Shown: positions 48,228-58,218, counted from the stretch's first letter. The stretch is 64,000 bases of DNA from a bacterium (GCA_021786105.1 JAJYNW010000018.1:5241-69240), one strand, 5' to 3'. The notes: a model not told the origin generated them from the sequence alone. Numbers and translations are program-made.

Positions 48228-48813
48228 TCTCTCCTTCTACTTCCGTTAGATTCACTCCCCGAAGGCCAAATTGCTCTCTTTCCCGATTTATCAACCTTTC
48301 CAGTAAATTCTTTAGCTCCAAAGGATAGTCTACATACTTCAGGCTAATTTCTCCTTTATTCATACCGGCCGTGTTAACAATGATGTTGCCATGATGCAAA
48401 AGTAATCTATCCATTATTGACTGATCCACCTCCAGATGAGTAATCTTATCAAACAGCGCCGCAGTTAATTTGACTGAAAACAAACCTTTTTTAATAACCA
48501 CTCTCCTGGTAGTCAGCAAATATCTGTTGGCATGATAAACATGCAAAATCCTAATGACGGCGGACAAAAACATCAACACCAGGCCCAAAACTAAAGCCCA
48601 AATCCTGCCAATTCCCAACAACCACCCTAATCCCAAACCCAAGCCCAAAAAAAGCATACCCGGGAAAAGTATATACATAATAAATTGAGACCTGGTGTAG
48701 GCCTTAGATAAACCGGTTACTAAAACCAGCTCTTCATCTTCTGATAAATACTTTTTGAAGGTATTTTTTTGCTTTTCAGTCGGTGACTCGCGATAATGAA
48801 ACTTAGCCATCAA
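48217..48813 (-). CDS. Membrane protein with a bacterial PH domain (bPH_2, YdbS/YdbT-like)
   Basis: Two TM helices followed by RYLLTTRRVVIKKGLFS...HLEVDQS...IIVNTAG. Confidence 0.6.
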   Translation of the reverse strand: MMAKFHYRESPTEKQKNTFKKYLSEDEELVLVTGLSKAYTRSQFIMYILFPGMLFLGLGLGLGWLLGIGRIWALVLGLVLMFLSAVIRILHVYHANRYLLTTRRVVIKKGLFSVKLTAALFDKITHLEVDQSIMDRLLLHHGNIIVNTAGMNKGEISLKYVDYPLELKNLLERLINREREQFGLRGVNLTEVEGEIIS

Positions 48814-48869
48814 GAGTATTGTAACAGAAATCTTTCCTAATCTGCATTTGACACAAAAGAATTAGATTT

Positions 48870-50489
48870 TTAATATTCAGGCATGCCGCCGGGAGGCATC
48901 GGGGGTTGTGGTGCAGATGGTTCTGGTTTATCAGTAATCAGGCAATTTGTAGTCATGACCATGACTGCCACCGATGCCGCATTTTGCAAAGCTGACCTGG
49001 TCACTTTCACCGGATCAATCACGCCGGCTTTAACTAAATCTTTTACTTCCCCATCCATCACATCAATTCCCATATTGCCGGCAGAACCCATCACCTTGGA
49101 CAAAGCAATTCCATCATCCATGCCGGCATTCTCCACCAGTTTCCTAAACGGTTGCTCCAGCGCTCTTTTGACAATCTCCACGCCAACTTTCTCTTCACCT
49201 TCAGCTTTTACAGAATCCAAGGTTTTACCAGCTCTCAACAAGGCTATTTCCCCTCCGGGCACAATTCCTTCTTCAATCGCCGCTTTAGTGGCAGCCACTG
49301 CATCAATCACCCGCTCTTTTTTCTCCTTCAGTTCGATCTCGGTGGCGGCTCCGACATTAATCACCGCTACTCCGCCGGTTAATTTCGCCAGTCTTTCCTG
49401 CAACTTTTCTTTATCAAATTCAGAGTCTGATGAAGCCAGCTCTCTTTTGATTTGCGCAATTCTACCGTCAATGGCACTCTTTTTGCCTTTACCGTCGACA
49501 ATCAAAGTATTATCTTTATTAGAAGTGACTCTGCCGGCTCTTCCCAAATCTTCCACTTCTACTGATTCTAATTTTGTTCCGGTTTCCTCAGAAATTACTC
49601 TTCCTCCGGTTAAAATGGCAATATCCTCAAGCATCTCCTTACGTCTGTCGCCAAACCCCGGGGCTTTAACTACTAACACATTAAAGGTTCCGCGCAGTTT
49701 GTTAACTATCAAAAGCGCCAAAGCCTCGCCATCAACATCATCAGCAATAATGACCAAATTTTTAGAAACTTGGACAAATTTTTCCAAAAACGGCACTAAA
49801 TCAGAAGCGGAAGAAATCTTTTTATCAGTGATTAGAATATAGGGGTCCTCAATAGAGGATTCCATTTTATCCGTATCAGTCACAAAATACGGAGAGACAA
49901 AGCCTTTATCAAATTCCATACCCTCTTTATAACTCACGTTCATTTCCATAGTTTTACCTTCTTCCACCGTCACTACCCCGTCTTTACCCACTTTTTGTAA
50001 AGATTCGGCAATTAAATTGCCGATTTGGGCGTCAGCGGCGGAAATGGTAGCTACTTGGGCCACTTCTTCTTGGGAAACAATTTTCTTGCTCATTTTTTTA
50101 AGTTCTTCCACTAAAACATCCACTGCTTTTTCAATCCCATGCCTTAAAATCATTGGGTTAGAACCGGCCTGGATATTTTTTAGTCCTTCTGAAACAATTG
50201 CCTTGGCCAAAATAGTAGCAGTAGTAGTTCCGTCTCCGGCCACATCAGCGGTTTTAGAAGCAGCTTCTTTTAACAGTTGCGCCCCCATATTTTCAAACGG
50301 ATCTTCCAAATCAATTTCTTTAGCCACTGTTACACCGTCGTGAACTACATTTGGTGCTCCCCACTTTTTATCCAAAGCCACATTGCGGCCTTTGGGTCCT
50401 AAGGTAGTTGCCACCGCCTCAGTTAAGGTATTAATACCTTTTAATAATTTCTCTCTTGCTTCACTATCAAATTTCAAAATCTTTGCCAT
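48870..50489 (-). CDS. groL: Chaperonin GroEL
   Basis: Full-length Cpn60, including the GGM-like C-terminal tail [11 protein letters not shown]. Confidence 0.97.
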   Translation of the reverse strand: MAKILKFDSEAREKLLKGINTLTEAVATTLGPKGRNVALDKKWGAPNVVHDGVTVAKEIDLEDPFENMGAQLLKEAASKTADVAGDGTTTATILAKAIVSEGLKNIQAGSNPMILRHGIEKAVDVLVEELKKMSKKIVSQEEVAQVATISAADAQIGNLIAESLQKVGKDGVVTVEEGKTMEMNVSYKEGMEFDKGFVSPYFVTDTDKMESSIEDPYILITDKKISSASDLVPFLEKFVQVSKNLVIIADDVDGEALALLIVNKLRGTFNVLVVKAPGFGDRRKEMLEDIAILTGGRVISEETGTKLESVEVEDLGRAGRVTSNKDNTLIVDGKGKKSAIDGRIAQIKRELASSDSEFDKEKLQERLAKLTGGVAVINVGAATEIELKEKKERVIDAVAATKAAIEEGIVPGGEIALLRAGKTLDSVKAEGEEKVGVEIVKRALEQPFRKLVENAGMDDGIALSKVMGSAGNMGIDVMDGEVKDLVKAGVIDPVKVTRSALQNAASVAVMVMTTNCLITDKPEPSAPQPPMPPGGMPEY

Positions 50490-50806
50490 TATCTAATTTC
50501 TCTCCTTCTTGCTTGTTCTTGTTGTATTAAACCATCTACCTTACGACAAAATACTTCTCCCATCAAACCAGTTACAGCTAATAAAGCGCCTCCTGCAAAA
50601 GAAGCTCTAGAAACAAACCTAGCAACTTTATTTTCTTTATACCTATTAAAAGCAGTACCAGCTCCTAAACCAACCATACCGAGAATTGCCGCAACCCTTG
50701 CTCCGGCTATAAGGTCAAAAAGCTCTCTTCTTTCTGCCATTAAATCAGCTTTTCTTAAGTTATAACTAATCTCATCCCAAAGACTTCCATAAGTTCTTTC
50801 TTTCAT
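50489..50806 (-). CDS. Small two-TM membrane protein (105 aa) encoded between groES and groEL
   Basis: Stop/start TAATG overlap with groEL. A GGAAGGA RBS lies 8 nt upstream and a 3-nt gap follows the groES stop. Confidence 0.5.
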   Translation of the reverse strand: MKERTYGSLWDEISYNLRKADLMAERRELFDLIAGARVAAILGMVGLGAGTAFNRYKENKVARFVSRASFAGGALLAVTGLMGEVFCRKVDGLIQQEQARRREIR

Positions 50807-50809
50807 ATT

Positions 50810-51133
50810 TTATCCTTCCAATATTGCCATCAAGTCATCAAACTTGACCAGCTTTAATTCCTTTCCATCCACTTTAATTTCATCCCCGCCCCATTTCTTG
50901 TAAACTACCTTATCGCCAACATTAACCGGACACTTCATTACTTTGCCGTTTTCAAAAACCATCTCATCACCGCAAGCTACCACTTTTCCCTGGGCCGGTT
51001 TTTCCTGAGCTGATTCGGGAAGAATTATACCGGAAGAAGTTTTGGTTTCAGCGGAGGAGGGCTCAACTAACACATAACCCATGAGGGGTTTTATTGAAAC
51101 TTTAGTACTATTATTTAATTTAGTTCTAGCCAT
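50810..51133 (-). CDS. groS: Co-chaperonin GroES
   Basis: KPLMGYVLVEP...GIILPESAQEKPAQGKVVACGD. Start moved to MARTKL (51133) by alignment logic. Confidence 0.9.
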   Translation of the reverse strand: MARTKLNNSTKVSIKPLMGYVLVEPSSAETKTSSGIILPESAQEKPAQGKVVACGDEMVFENGKVMKCPVNVGDKVVYKKWGGDEIKVDGKELKLVKFDDLMAILEG

Positions 51134-51146
51134 AGTGAATGAATTT

Positions 51147-51212
51147 GTCATCCTGAACGAAGTGAAGGATCTCTAGATTAATCTTGAGATTCCTCGTTTC
51201 ACTCGGAATGAC
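51147..51212. repeat. Composite palindromic element in the groES 5'-UTR: GTCATCCTGAACGAAGTGAAGGATC (51147-51171) and its inverted partner GATTCCTCGTTTCACTCGGAATGAC (51188-51212)
   Basis: Two 25-bp hairpin units in inverted orientation separated by 16 bp. Same family as the copies at 29651, 51422, 52639 and 27765. Confidence 0.6.
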
Positions 51213-51232
51213 AGAGGAGCAGTGCAAAAGAA

Positions 51233-51262
51233 TATATACCAGAGATTAGCACTTCTTGTCAA
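51233..51262 (-). promoter_or_regulatory. Putative groESL promoter (-35 CCTTGACAA context, 18-nt spacer, -10 TATATA)
   Basis: The minus strand reads ccTTGACAagaagtgctaatctctggTATATA. CIRCE half-site-like AGTGCTAA and TTtGCACT motifs are present, but not in the canonical arrangement. Confidence 0.4.
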
Positions 51263-52167
51263 GGACTGATTATTTTTTTCAAGTTTTGTTGGTATTGGGA
51301 TAAAATTTCCAGCCGGCAATCCTCCGGATGGAAATACAACGCCCCCTCTTCTATCCGCTCCAGACCTTGCGGCTTTTGCATGTACCATAATTGAAATTTC
51401 CTAGCTACATTTTCCATGCTCGTCATTGCGAGAGACCGAAGGGAGCGTGGCAATCTGGATTTGGGACTAATCCGACCCAAATTGCTTCGTCGTTTCACTC
51501 CTCGCAATGACGTATCGATAGAACCTACCCAGTTTGGTAGGTATTTAAACACCCATTGGTTATCCTCAAGGTACTTCTCATAAATCCCGCCTCTTTGCCA
51601 CAACACCTTCATTTGTAAAATCTCATGAGCAGTAAAAATATCTTTATTGGCCTGCTCTAACTTATCCTCCTCCAGTAAAATATTTACACAAAGCTTTCCG
51701 GCTGCCCTCCTACCCTTTTCCCCCACCTTCCGTTTTTGCCTGGTCAAAGATAATAATCCTAAAGCCAACAGCCGGGAAACCCACAAGCGGTTTTTAGAAG
51801 TAATAATAAACAAATCAATGTCATCGGTTTTCCCGGCATTATTTACCGCCAGTCCTCCGGAAATACCCACCAATTTTATCCAAGGAATAATTTTTAGGAT
51901 TTGAGAAAGAGCTCTGACTTTCCTTAAATATTTTGCAGACTGCTCTTCTCGCCGGCGTCTTTGACTAATCAACCCATTTTTTTTCTTCAGAAAATAATAA
52001 TCACTCTGCATCTTACACTTTTTACTTTGCACCAATTTCCCAAGCGTTTTTTCTATCTGCCTTAGTGTCACTTTTTTATCAATTAACCATTTATGGATCT
52101 CATAAATAGTCAGGGGATAATCAAACAAATCAGCATAAATTAGAGTTTTAAGAATCGCTTTTTCCAT
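51259..52167 (-). CDS. wHTH + minimal nucleotidyltransferase (Pol-beta-like) domain protein with a 30-codon in-frame palindromic-element insertion near the C-terminus
   Basis: NTase motif VGISGGLAVNNAGKTDDIDLFII. Residues encoded by 51422-51511 (..RSLRSLAMTSME..) are element-derived. Confidence 0.5.
   Translation of the reverse strand: MEKAILKTLIYADLFDYPLTIYEIHKWLIDKKVTLRQIEKTLGKLVQSKKCKMQSDYYFLKKKNGLISQRRRREEQSAKYLRKVRALSQILKIIPWIKLVGISGGLAVNNAGKTDDIDLFIITSKNRLWVSRLLALGLLSLTRQKRKVGEKGRRAAGKLCVNILLEEDKLEQANKDIFTAHEILQMKVLWQRGGIYEKYLEDNQWVFKYLPNWVGSIDTSLRGVKRRSNLGRISPKSRLPRSLRSLAMTSMENVARKFQLWYMQKPQGLERIEEGALYFHPEDCRLEILSQYQQNLKKIISP
51422..51511. repeat. 90-bp palindromic element with perfect 11-bp terminal inverted repeats GTCATTGCGAG / CTCGCAATGAC and an internal hairpin
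   Basis: Seen directly in the sequence. The length is exactly 30 codons and it lies inside the CDS 51259-52167 with no stop codon. Confidence 0.7.
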
Positions 52168-52206
52168 ATCCTGTAATTTAGCATATTAACCCAAGATAGT
52201 ATAATA

Positions 52207-53157
52207 TTGTCTATGCTGAAACTTGAAGATAACTTTCCCTTAAAAAATATCACCACCTTACAAATTGGTGGGCCGGCCAAAAAATTTGTTGCAGTAAAAA
52301 CCCAGGAAGATTTGATTGAAGCCATCGCATACGCCAAAAACAACCAAATACCCTACTTAATAATTGGCGGCAGCAGCAATTTATTAATCGCTGATGAAGG
52401 GGTAAATGGTTTGGTAATTAAAAACGAAATCTCCGGCATCGAATCAATATCACACCTCGGAGGTGTAACATTGAAAGTTAAATCAGGTACTATTTTGCAA
52501 GATGTAGTTGACTATGCCATTAACCACAACTTGGCTGGTTTAGAAAAGTTGACCAAAATTCCTGGCACGGTGGGCGGAGCAGTTTATGGCAATGCCGGCG
52601 CTTATGGTCAAACCATTTCCGACCACATAACCCGCGTTGTCATTCTGAGCGAAGCGAAGAATCTCAAGACTTTAACTAAAAGCAAATGTAAGTTTGGTTA
52701 CCGAAACAGTATCTTCAAAAAGAATAAATACCCAATTATAGAAGCCGCATTCCAGCTGGAAACTGGTAATCCGGAAAATCTGCAAATGGCCGCCAAGGCA
52801 GTGGCGTGGAAAAGATTTGTCAAATATCCGCCTGGTCTAAAATGCCCGGGCTCTTTTTTCAAGAATTTAGTGGCGGCGGATATTCCCGAAGAAATCTTAA
52901 AAAATATTCCGCCGGAAAAAATTGTTTACGGCAAATTGCCTGCCGGAGCACTGCTGGAAGAAGTGGGTGCCAAAGGGCAGTCCTTAAACGGCATCGCCAT
53001 TTCGGACCGCCATGCCAACTTGTTTATCAACCAAGGCACCGGCACCGCCCAGGCTTTTTATAATCTAGCCAAAACTTATGCCCAAAAAGTGAAAGAAAAA
53101 TTTGGTATTACCTTAGAACCCGAAGTCCAATTAATCAACCTGCCGCCATTTTCTTAA
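52207..53157 (+). CDS. murB: UDP-N-acetylenolpyruvoylglucosamine reductase MurB
   Basis: FAD-binding N-terminus (TLQIGGPAKKF...IIGGSSNLL) and a MurB C-terminal domain. Confidence 0.9.
   Translation: MSMLKLEDNFPLKNITTLQIGGPAKKFVAVKTQEDLIEAIAYAKNNQIPYLIIGGSSNLLIADEGVNGLVIKNEISGIESISHLGGVTLKVKSGTILQDVVDYAINHNLAGLEKLTKIPGTVGGAVYGNAGAYGQTISDHITRVVILSEAKNLKTLTKSKCKFGYRNSIFKKNKYPIIEAAFQLETGNPENLQMAAKAVAWKRFVKYPPGLKCPGSFFKNLVAADIPEEILKNIPPEKIVYGKLPAGALLEEVGAKGQSLNGIAISDRHANLFINQGTGTAQAFYNLAKTYAQKVKEKFGITLEPEVQLINLPPFS
52639..52663. repeat. 25-bp hairpin element GTCATTCTGAGCGAAGCGAAGAATC inside murB (encodes VILSEAKN)
   Basis: Same family consensus GTCATYCYGARCGAAGYGARGRATC. Confidence 0.55.
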
Positions 53158-53690
53158 CTTTTAGATATATTCCAAAAGTAGCGGAAATTGTTTATATTTT
53201 TCACTAGCTTCCAAGTTAAAATGTTTTTCTCCTGCATGATTTTACTCTGCCTGATACCACAATCATAAGGATCGTTATCAGAAGCAAAAAAGAAGAAATT
53301 CTGACACGAATCTTTAATCTTATTCCAGTTAAAAGGAATTTTTAACAAATCTGCTTTATATTTGGATAATTCCGGAATACTTCCTTTATCAGCAAATCCG
53401 GCAACTAAAATCGCCTTATCGATTCTTTTACCAGGAGGTAGCTTTTCTAAAATTCTTAGGATTAGTGTGGCGCCGGACGAATGTCCCACTATTACTGACT
53501 CTTGATTAAAATCCCAATCTTTATTGGCAAAAACTGTGTCCAACCAATCTTCTAAAATTGGCGTCTCAGAATTAGGCAAATCAGGAGACCAAACTTGATA
53601 GCCCTTCTCCGCTAAAACCCATTTCAGCCAAGGGAACCAATTGCCGGAAGAATTATTTCCCGCTCCATGTAAAATTAAAATATTTTTCAT
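53154..53690 (-). CDS. Alpha/beta-hydrolase of the RBBP9/YdeN serine hydrolase family
   Basis: ILILHGAGNNSSGNWFPW and GHSSG nucleophile elbow. Confidence 0.65.
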   Translation of the reverse strand: MKNILILHGAGNNSSGNWFPWLKWVLAEKGYQVWSPDLPNSETPILEDWLDTVFANKDWDFNQESVIVGHSSGATLILRILEKLPPGKRIDKAILVAGFADKGSIPELSKYKADLLKIPFNWNKIKDSCQNFFFFASDNDPYDCGIRQSKIMQEKNILTWKLVKNINNFRYFWNISKS

Positions 53691-54013
53691 AACTCTTCTT
53701 CTCCTATTAACTGGTAAATTTCCAAGGGGATTTCTTCATAAGGATGAGAGGTTTTAATAGCCGTTACCACACTTTTCACTTTATCTTTTTGACAAATTAC
53801 TTCAATTCTTTCTTCCTCTACTTCTTCCAATTTACCAATTTCCCCAATGGTTGGATGCGCTCCTTCTCCTGGAATAAATCTACCAATACCTTTGGTAGAA
53901 AAAGAAGCATGATGATAATTTCCCAGCACTCCGGCCCCGGCATCGCCCATGGCAATTCTGACTTTTTGAGCATCTGCCACCGGTACAAATGTCACAATTT
54001 TAACCATTTCCAT
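53687..54013 (-). CDS. Small ferredoxin-fold protein (PII/CutA/NIF3-insert-like), hypothetical
   Basis: 108 aa with a C-terminal HPYEE motif. Family assignment is uncertain. Confidence 0.35.
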   Translation of the reverse strand: MEMVKIVTFVPVADAQKVRIAMGDAGAGVLGNYHHASFSTKGIGRFIPGEGAHPTIGEIGKLEEVEEERIEVICQKDKVKSVVTAIKTSHPYEEIPLEIYQLIGEEEL

Positions 54014-54016
54014 AAA

Positions 54017-55330
54017 TCATTGACCGCTTGGCACCGGTTGCGATTTAGTGTATTTATCCAGCACCTGCTTAACTCCTTTATCAACTGTTTGCAAGGCAGC
54101 TGCCGGATCAGTTCCGGCCAAAGTGGCATTAATACCATCTTCAAAATATTTAATCATTTCATCATTCATGCCGTTATCAAAAGTGTTGGAAGATAAATAC
54201 CAGAATTTATAAATTGGCCCTTGGGTGACAAAAGCACCTACAATCGGGTCGCTGGCCAGTTCATTTGATAAACTGGCTAAAGAATAAGGCTCCCCAAATA
54301 ATCTTACTTGCGCCGCTTGTTGGTAGGCCAACTTCTCTGTTTCAACCGAGGTTAAGAACTTGATGAATTTCCAGGCTTCTGCCGGGTTTTGCGATTTGGC
54401 AGATACAACTTGGCCCCAAAAAGTGGCCCAATCAACATTTTTCCCGGACAGTTGCGGCACCGGCGCCACTTTAAATTTTAAATCAGGATTAGCCACCCGC
54501 AATTCATGTGCCCGCCAGGAAGGGGCAAAGTAAAAACCTAAACGTCCTTGGGCAAACATGTCCGTGGATTTTGGCATATTTACATCCCAGGTCTTTTTCC
54601 GGGGATCTGTGACAAAACCGGTATAAAACTGCAGCACTTCTGCTGCCTGCGGGGAAGCCAGATTATTAAAATCCACCCCCGGTTGCTGCAAAAGAAGCAA
54701 TCCTAAAATATCTGACCAGTGATCCACGTTGCCCGCCGTTCCCAAAGCCGCTCCGGCAGTTTGAAGATTACCGGCGGTGTCTTTGACAGTCATTTTAGTC
54801 GCCTCATCCATAAATTCCTGCCAATTTTTCGGCGGGGTGCCGCCAATGGCATTTAGCATTTCCTCATTGTAAAAAAGTGCCAGGCCGTCTACTTCCATGG
54901 GTGCACCAAGGATGACATTCCCTTTTACAAAACTATCGGCAGCCACTGGATAAAAGGCACTCTTATATTCCGGCACAGCAAAAACGTCGGCAGGAGCGGG
55001 AGCTAGATCATATTGGAACATCGGCAGCCAGGAGTTATGGATCATAAATACATCCGGCCCTACCCCGGCCCGAATTTGGGTTTGAACGCGGGTCCGGTAA
55101 TTAACCGAAGATTGCCGTTCGTAATTGATCACAATATTGGGGTGCTGGTTTTGGTATTGGGCAATTAACGGTTTAATTAAATTATCATCTTCCCATAAAC
55201 CCCAATAAGTCAAAGTTATCGGGCCTTGTGGTTTGGATTTGTTAAAAAGGGAAATACTGGGCCCAAACTTCCAAAAGACAAACCCCAGCACAATACTCAA
55301 ACTCAAAGCGATGATAATCACGCGTTTCAT
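54017..55330 (-). CDS. Orphan ABC-transporter substrate-binding protein (SBP_bac_1, sugar-type)
   Basis: Signal peptide plus family-1 solute-binding fold. No permease or ATPase gene is adjacent. Confidence 0.8.
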   Translation of the reverse strand: MKRVIIIALSLSIVLGFVFWKFGPSISLFNKSKPQGPITLTYWGLWEDDNLIKPLIAQYQNQHPNIVINYERQSSVNYRTRVQTQIRAGVGPDVFMIHNSWLPMFQYDLAPAPADVFAVPEYKSAFYPVAADSFVKGNVILGAPMEVDGLALFYNEEMLNAIGGTPPKNWQEFMDEATKMTVKDTAGNLQTAGAALGTAGNVDHWSDILGLLLLQQPGVDFNNLASPQAAEVLQFYTGFVTDPRKKTWDVNMPKSTDMFAQGRLGFYFAPSWRAHELRVANPDLKFKVAPVPQLSGKNVDWATFWGQVVSAKSQNPAEAWKFIKFLTSVETEKLAYQQAAQVRLFGEPYSLASLSNELASDPIVGAFVTQGPIYKFWYLSSNTFDNGMNDEMIKYFEDGINATLAGTDPAAALQTVDKGVKQVLDKYTKSQPVPSGQ

Positions 55331-55367
55331 CTTTGTAAATTATACCTCAAAACAGTACAATATCGGC

Positions 55368-57149
55368 GTGGCTAAAGCGAAGAAAAAGCTCCCCTTTCAA
55401 ATCCTTAAAAAAAACCTACTGCCGATTATTTTATCCGTCCTGCTTTTTATCCTAATAATTATTACTTACCTGATAACCATCTCAGATAAATATTATCCTT
55501 TAACTTTTGTCGGGGATACCAACATTTCTTTTTTAACCGAGGGCCAAGCCATTAAATTAGTCCAGGCCAATTTCCAAAAAAGGGCCAGGCAGAAATTAAG
55601 CTTCACTCTTTCCACCGGCTCGGCCTCAGCTTTTACCATTGACTTGGCCACCAGCTCGGCTGCCTTGGATTATACTGCCCTGGATAAAAATTTCCAGATT
55701 AACCATAATGTCTCTTTCTGGCATCAAGCCCAGGCTCAACTCCAAACCCTGTTCGCCCCTGCAGAAATCGATCCGGAAATCACTTTGTCTTTGGAAAGAC
55801 AACTTGATACCATTGCCTCAGCAGTTAATCAGGAACCGCAAAATGCAGAGTTAATCTTTAACGAAACACCTGAATCACCAGACAGCACTCCTTCTGCCTC
55901 AATTAAAATCAAAGAGGGTGTCGACGGCCGGTCGCTGGATAAAAATACCGCAGAAAAGTTAATTAAGGAATTTTTGTTAACCGGTAAATGCTCGCCTCTG
56001 CTGCCTTTGAAATCCACTCCACCCAAGATTACTACTGACCAAGTCAATCAGGCTAAAGAAGCTCTAGAAGCAGTCATCAAAGTACCGATTAAATTAACGT
56101 TTGCGGATAAAACATTTGTTTTAGACGCCAAACAACTACTGACCCTTTTGGATTTAACTAAGGGAGAAAATTCCCTTTTGGACCGGGACCAAACCTACAT
56201 TTATTTGAAAAGTATTGCCCAGGAAATTGACCAAAATGTCCAGGAGGGTTTATTTGAATTTGATCCAACCACTAAAAGAGTTTCGGCTTTCCGTCCCTCC
56301 AGTGAAGGCCGGAAATTAGACATCAATAAAACAGTGGATCTTTTAAATGATGCTTTAACCGGCTCCTCGACTAAAACTATTACCTTGCCGGTTGAGGTTG
56401 TCAAACCTAAAATTGAAACTTCTGATGTTAACAAATTAGGAATTAAAGAGTTATTGGGCCGGGGAGTTTCTAATTTTGCCGGGTCAATCGACAACCGGAT
56501 TTATAACGTGAGACTGACTGCTTCCAAAATCAATGGCGTGCTAATTGCTCCTGGTGATACTTTTTCTTTTAACCAAACAGTCGGCGATATTTCCGCCGCC
56601 ACCGGTTTCAAACAAGCTTATGTGATTAAAGAAGGCCGGACAGTTTTAGATGACGGCGGAGGAGTCTGCCAGGACTCCACCACCCTGTTTCGGGCAGTGT
56701 TAAATGCCGGCTTACCGGTAATCCAAAGAACCGCCCACGCTTACCGGGTCGGTTATTACGAACAAGGCTTTCCGCCGGGCTTGGATGCCACAGTATTTTA
56801 TCCCAGTGTCGATTTCCAATTTAAAAATGACACTGCCAACCACATTTTAATCCAGGCCTATACTGTTGGCACCACGCTATATTTTGATTTATACGGCACT
56901 TCTGATGGCAGAACAGTAAGTTTAACCCGGCCGGTAATCACCAACCAAACGCCCCCACCCCCTGAGCTGCGCCAGGACGACCCGACTCTACCCAAAGGCA
57001 CAGTTAAACAAGTGGACTGGTCAGCTTGGGGCGCCACTGTTACTTTTAAAAGAACTGTGACCAAAAATGGTCAGGTAATCGCCAATGAAACCTGGAAATC
57101 TGCCTATAAACCATGGCAGGCTGTCTTTTTAGTAGGGACAAAGGAATAG
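55368..57149 (+). CDS. VanW-family protein with a C-terminal G5-like domain (GTG start proposed)
   Basis: VanW core (GGGVCQDSTTLFRAVLNAG) and an N-terminal TM. The ORF-track start (55233) would overlap the SBP gene by 98 nt, whereas the in-frame GTG at 55368 avoids this. Confidence 0.65.
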   Translation: MAKAKKKLPFQILKKNLLPIILSVLLFILIIITYLITISDKYYPLTFVGDTNISFLTEGQAIKLVQANFQKRARQKLSFTLSTGSASAFTIDLATSSAALDYTALDKNFQINHNVSFWHQAQAQLQTLFAPAEIDPEITLSLERQLDTIASAVNQEPQNAELIFNETPESPDSTPSASIKIKEGVDGRSLDKNTAEKLIKEFLLTGKCSPLLPLKSTPPKITTDQVNQAKEALEAVIKVPIKLTFADKTFVLDAKQLLTLLDLTKGENSLLDRDQTYIYLKSIAQEIDQNVQEGLFEFDPTTKRVSAFRPSSEGRKLDINKTVDLLNDALTGSSTKTITLPVEVVKPKIETSDVNKLGIKELLGRGVSNFAGSIDNRIYNVRLTASKINGVLIAPGDTFSFNQTVGDISAATGFKQAYVIKEGRTVLDDGGGVCQDSTTLFRAVLNAGLPVIQRTAHAYRVGYYEQGFPPGLDATVFYPSVDFQFKNDTANHILIQAYTVGTTLYFDLYGTSDGRTVSLTRPVITNQTPPPPELRQDDPTLPKGTVKQVDWSAWGATVTFKRTVTKNGQVIANETWKSAYKPWQAVFLVGTKE

Positions 57150-57285
57150 GTGTAAAGCTATCTCACCCGGAGGGTGTAAACTTAAATGCACATTAATGCT
57201 ACGGTCGTAATATTAATGTCAACAAATTGATACATTATAGAGGCAACTTTCTTCATCTAAACAATTTTAGTGTATACTTAAAAAC

Positions 57286-58218
57286 ATGATTACCGTCACC
57301 GGCTCCCTGGCTTTTGATCACATTATGGATTATCCGGGGAAATTTTCCGATCACATCATGTCGGATAGAATTCATCAAATCAATCTGTCTTTTTTGGTCA
57401 CCACTTTAAAAAAACAAAATGGCGGCACTGCCGGCAACATTGCCTATAACCTGGCCCTTCTTAAAACTCCGGTGTCTATTGTTGGGATGGCTGGAGTTGA
57501 TTTTTTGGATTATGCCAAGTTTTTAGAAGAAGCCGGGGTGGATATTTCAAATATCCAAACTGCGAAAAATAATTTAACCTCTTCGGCCTTCATTATGACC
57601 GATCAAACAGATAATCAAATTACCGCCTTTTATCCCGGCGCCATGGAAGATACCCATAAATTATCTTTGGAAAGCATGGCGACTGATTTTGCCGTTATTT
57701 CTCCCAACAATCCCCAAGCCATGGTTAAGTTTGCGGCTGATTGCCAAAAGCAAGCCATCCCTTATATGCTAGACCCGGGTATGCAGCTGCCAGCCCTTTC
57801 TCCCGGCGATTTAAAAGACATGCTCAAAGGTGCCAAAATTTTAATCGGCAATGATTATGAAATTGCTTTGTTGAAAGAAAAGCTATTCTTATCTGACTCC
57901 CAGCTTTTAGACAAGGTCAAAATATTAATCACTACCTTAGGGGAAAAGGGTTCAGTAATTCAAACTAAAGACCAAACTTTACAAATCGATTCCGGCAAAG
58001 TTACCGAGGCTGTTGATCCCACCGGCGCCGGCGATGCTTATCGGGCCGGATTTTTGGCTGGTTTTACCAAAGGTTGGAATTTAAAGACTTGCGGGCAAAT
58101 GGGATCAATTGCCGCTTGTTTCGCAGTCGAAAAATATGGTACAACTAGCCATACATTTTCTTTGGAAGAATTTAAAAAAAGATATCAAGAGAACTTTGGA
58201 GAAGACTTAAATTTATGA
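57286..58218 (+). CDS. PfkB-family carbohydrate/nucleoside kinase (adenosine-kinase-like, given ahcY coupling)
   Basis: GG-dipeptide motif NGGTAGN and [13 protein letters not shown]. It overlaps the ahcY start by 4 nt. TATACT lies 7 nt upstream of the ATG. Confidence 0.75.
   Translation: MITVTGSLAFDHIMDYPGKFSDHIMSDRIHQINLSFLVTTLKKQNGGTAGNIAYNLALLKTPVSIVGMAGVDFLDYAKFLEEAGVDISNIQTAKNNLTSSAFIMTDQTDNQITAFYPGAMEDTHKLSLESMATDFAVISPNNPQAMVKFAADCQKQAIPYMLDPGMQLPALSPGDLKDMLKGAKILIGNDYEIALLKEKLFLSDSQLLDKVKILITTLGEKGSVIQTKDQTLQIDSGKVTEAVDPTGAGDAYRAGFLAGFTKGWNLKTCGQMGSIAACFAVEKYGTTSHTFSLEEFKKRYQENFGEDLNL

Noticed and set aside
48883-49842. 319-aa ORF on the + strand (Ala/Ser/Thr-rich)
   Set aside because: It is entirely antisense to groEL. 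It is a typical antisense ORF of a highly expressed GC-skewed gene and has no independent signal.
51214-51272. Canonical CIRCE upstream of groES
   Set aside because: Only half-site-like motifs (AGTGCTAA, TTtGCACT; TTAGCACTt-N9-gACTGaTtA) were found, in non-canonical positions relative to the promoter. I did not call an operator.
51173-51388. 71-aa ORF on the - strand
   Set aside because: It spans the groES promoter and palindromic repeats and the 3' end of the NTase-like gene in another frame. It is spurious.
55233-55367. ORF-track start of the VanW gene at 55233
   Set aside because: It would overlap the divergent SBP gene's signal-peptide region by ~100 nt. The in-frame GTG at 55368 was preferred, and this remains uncertain.
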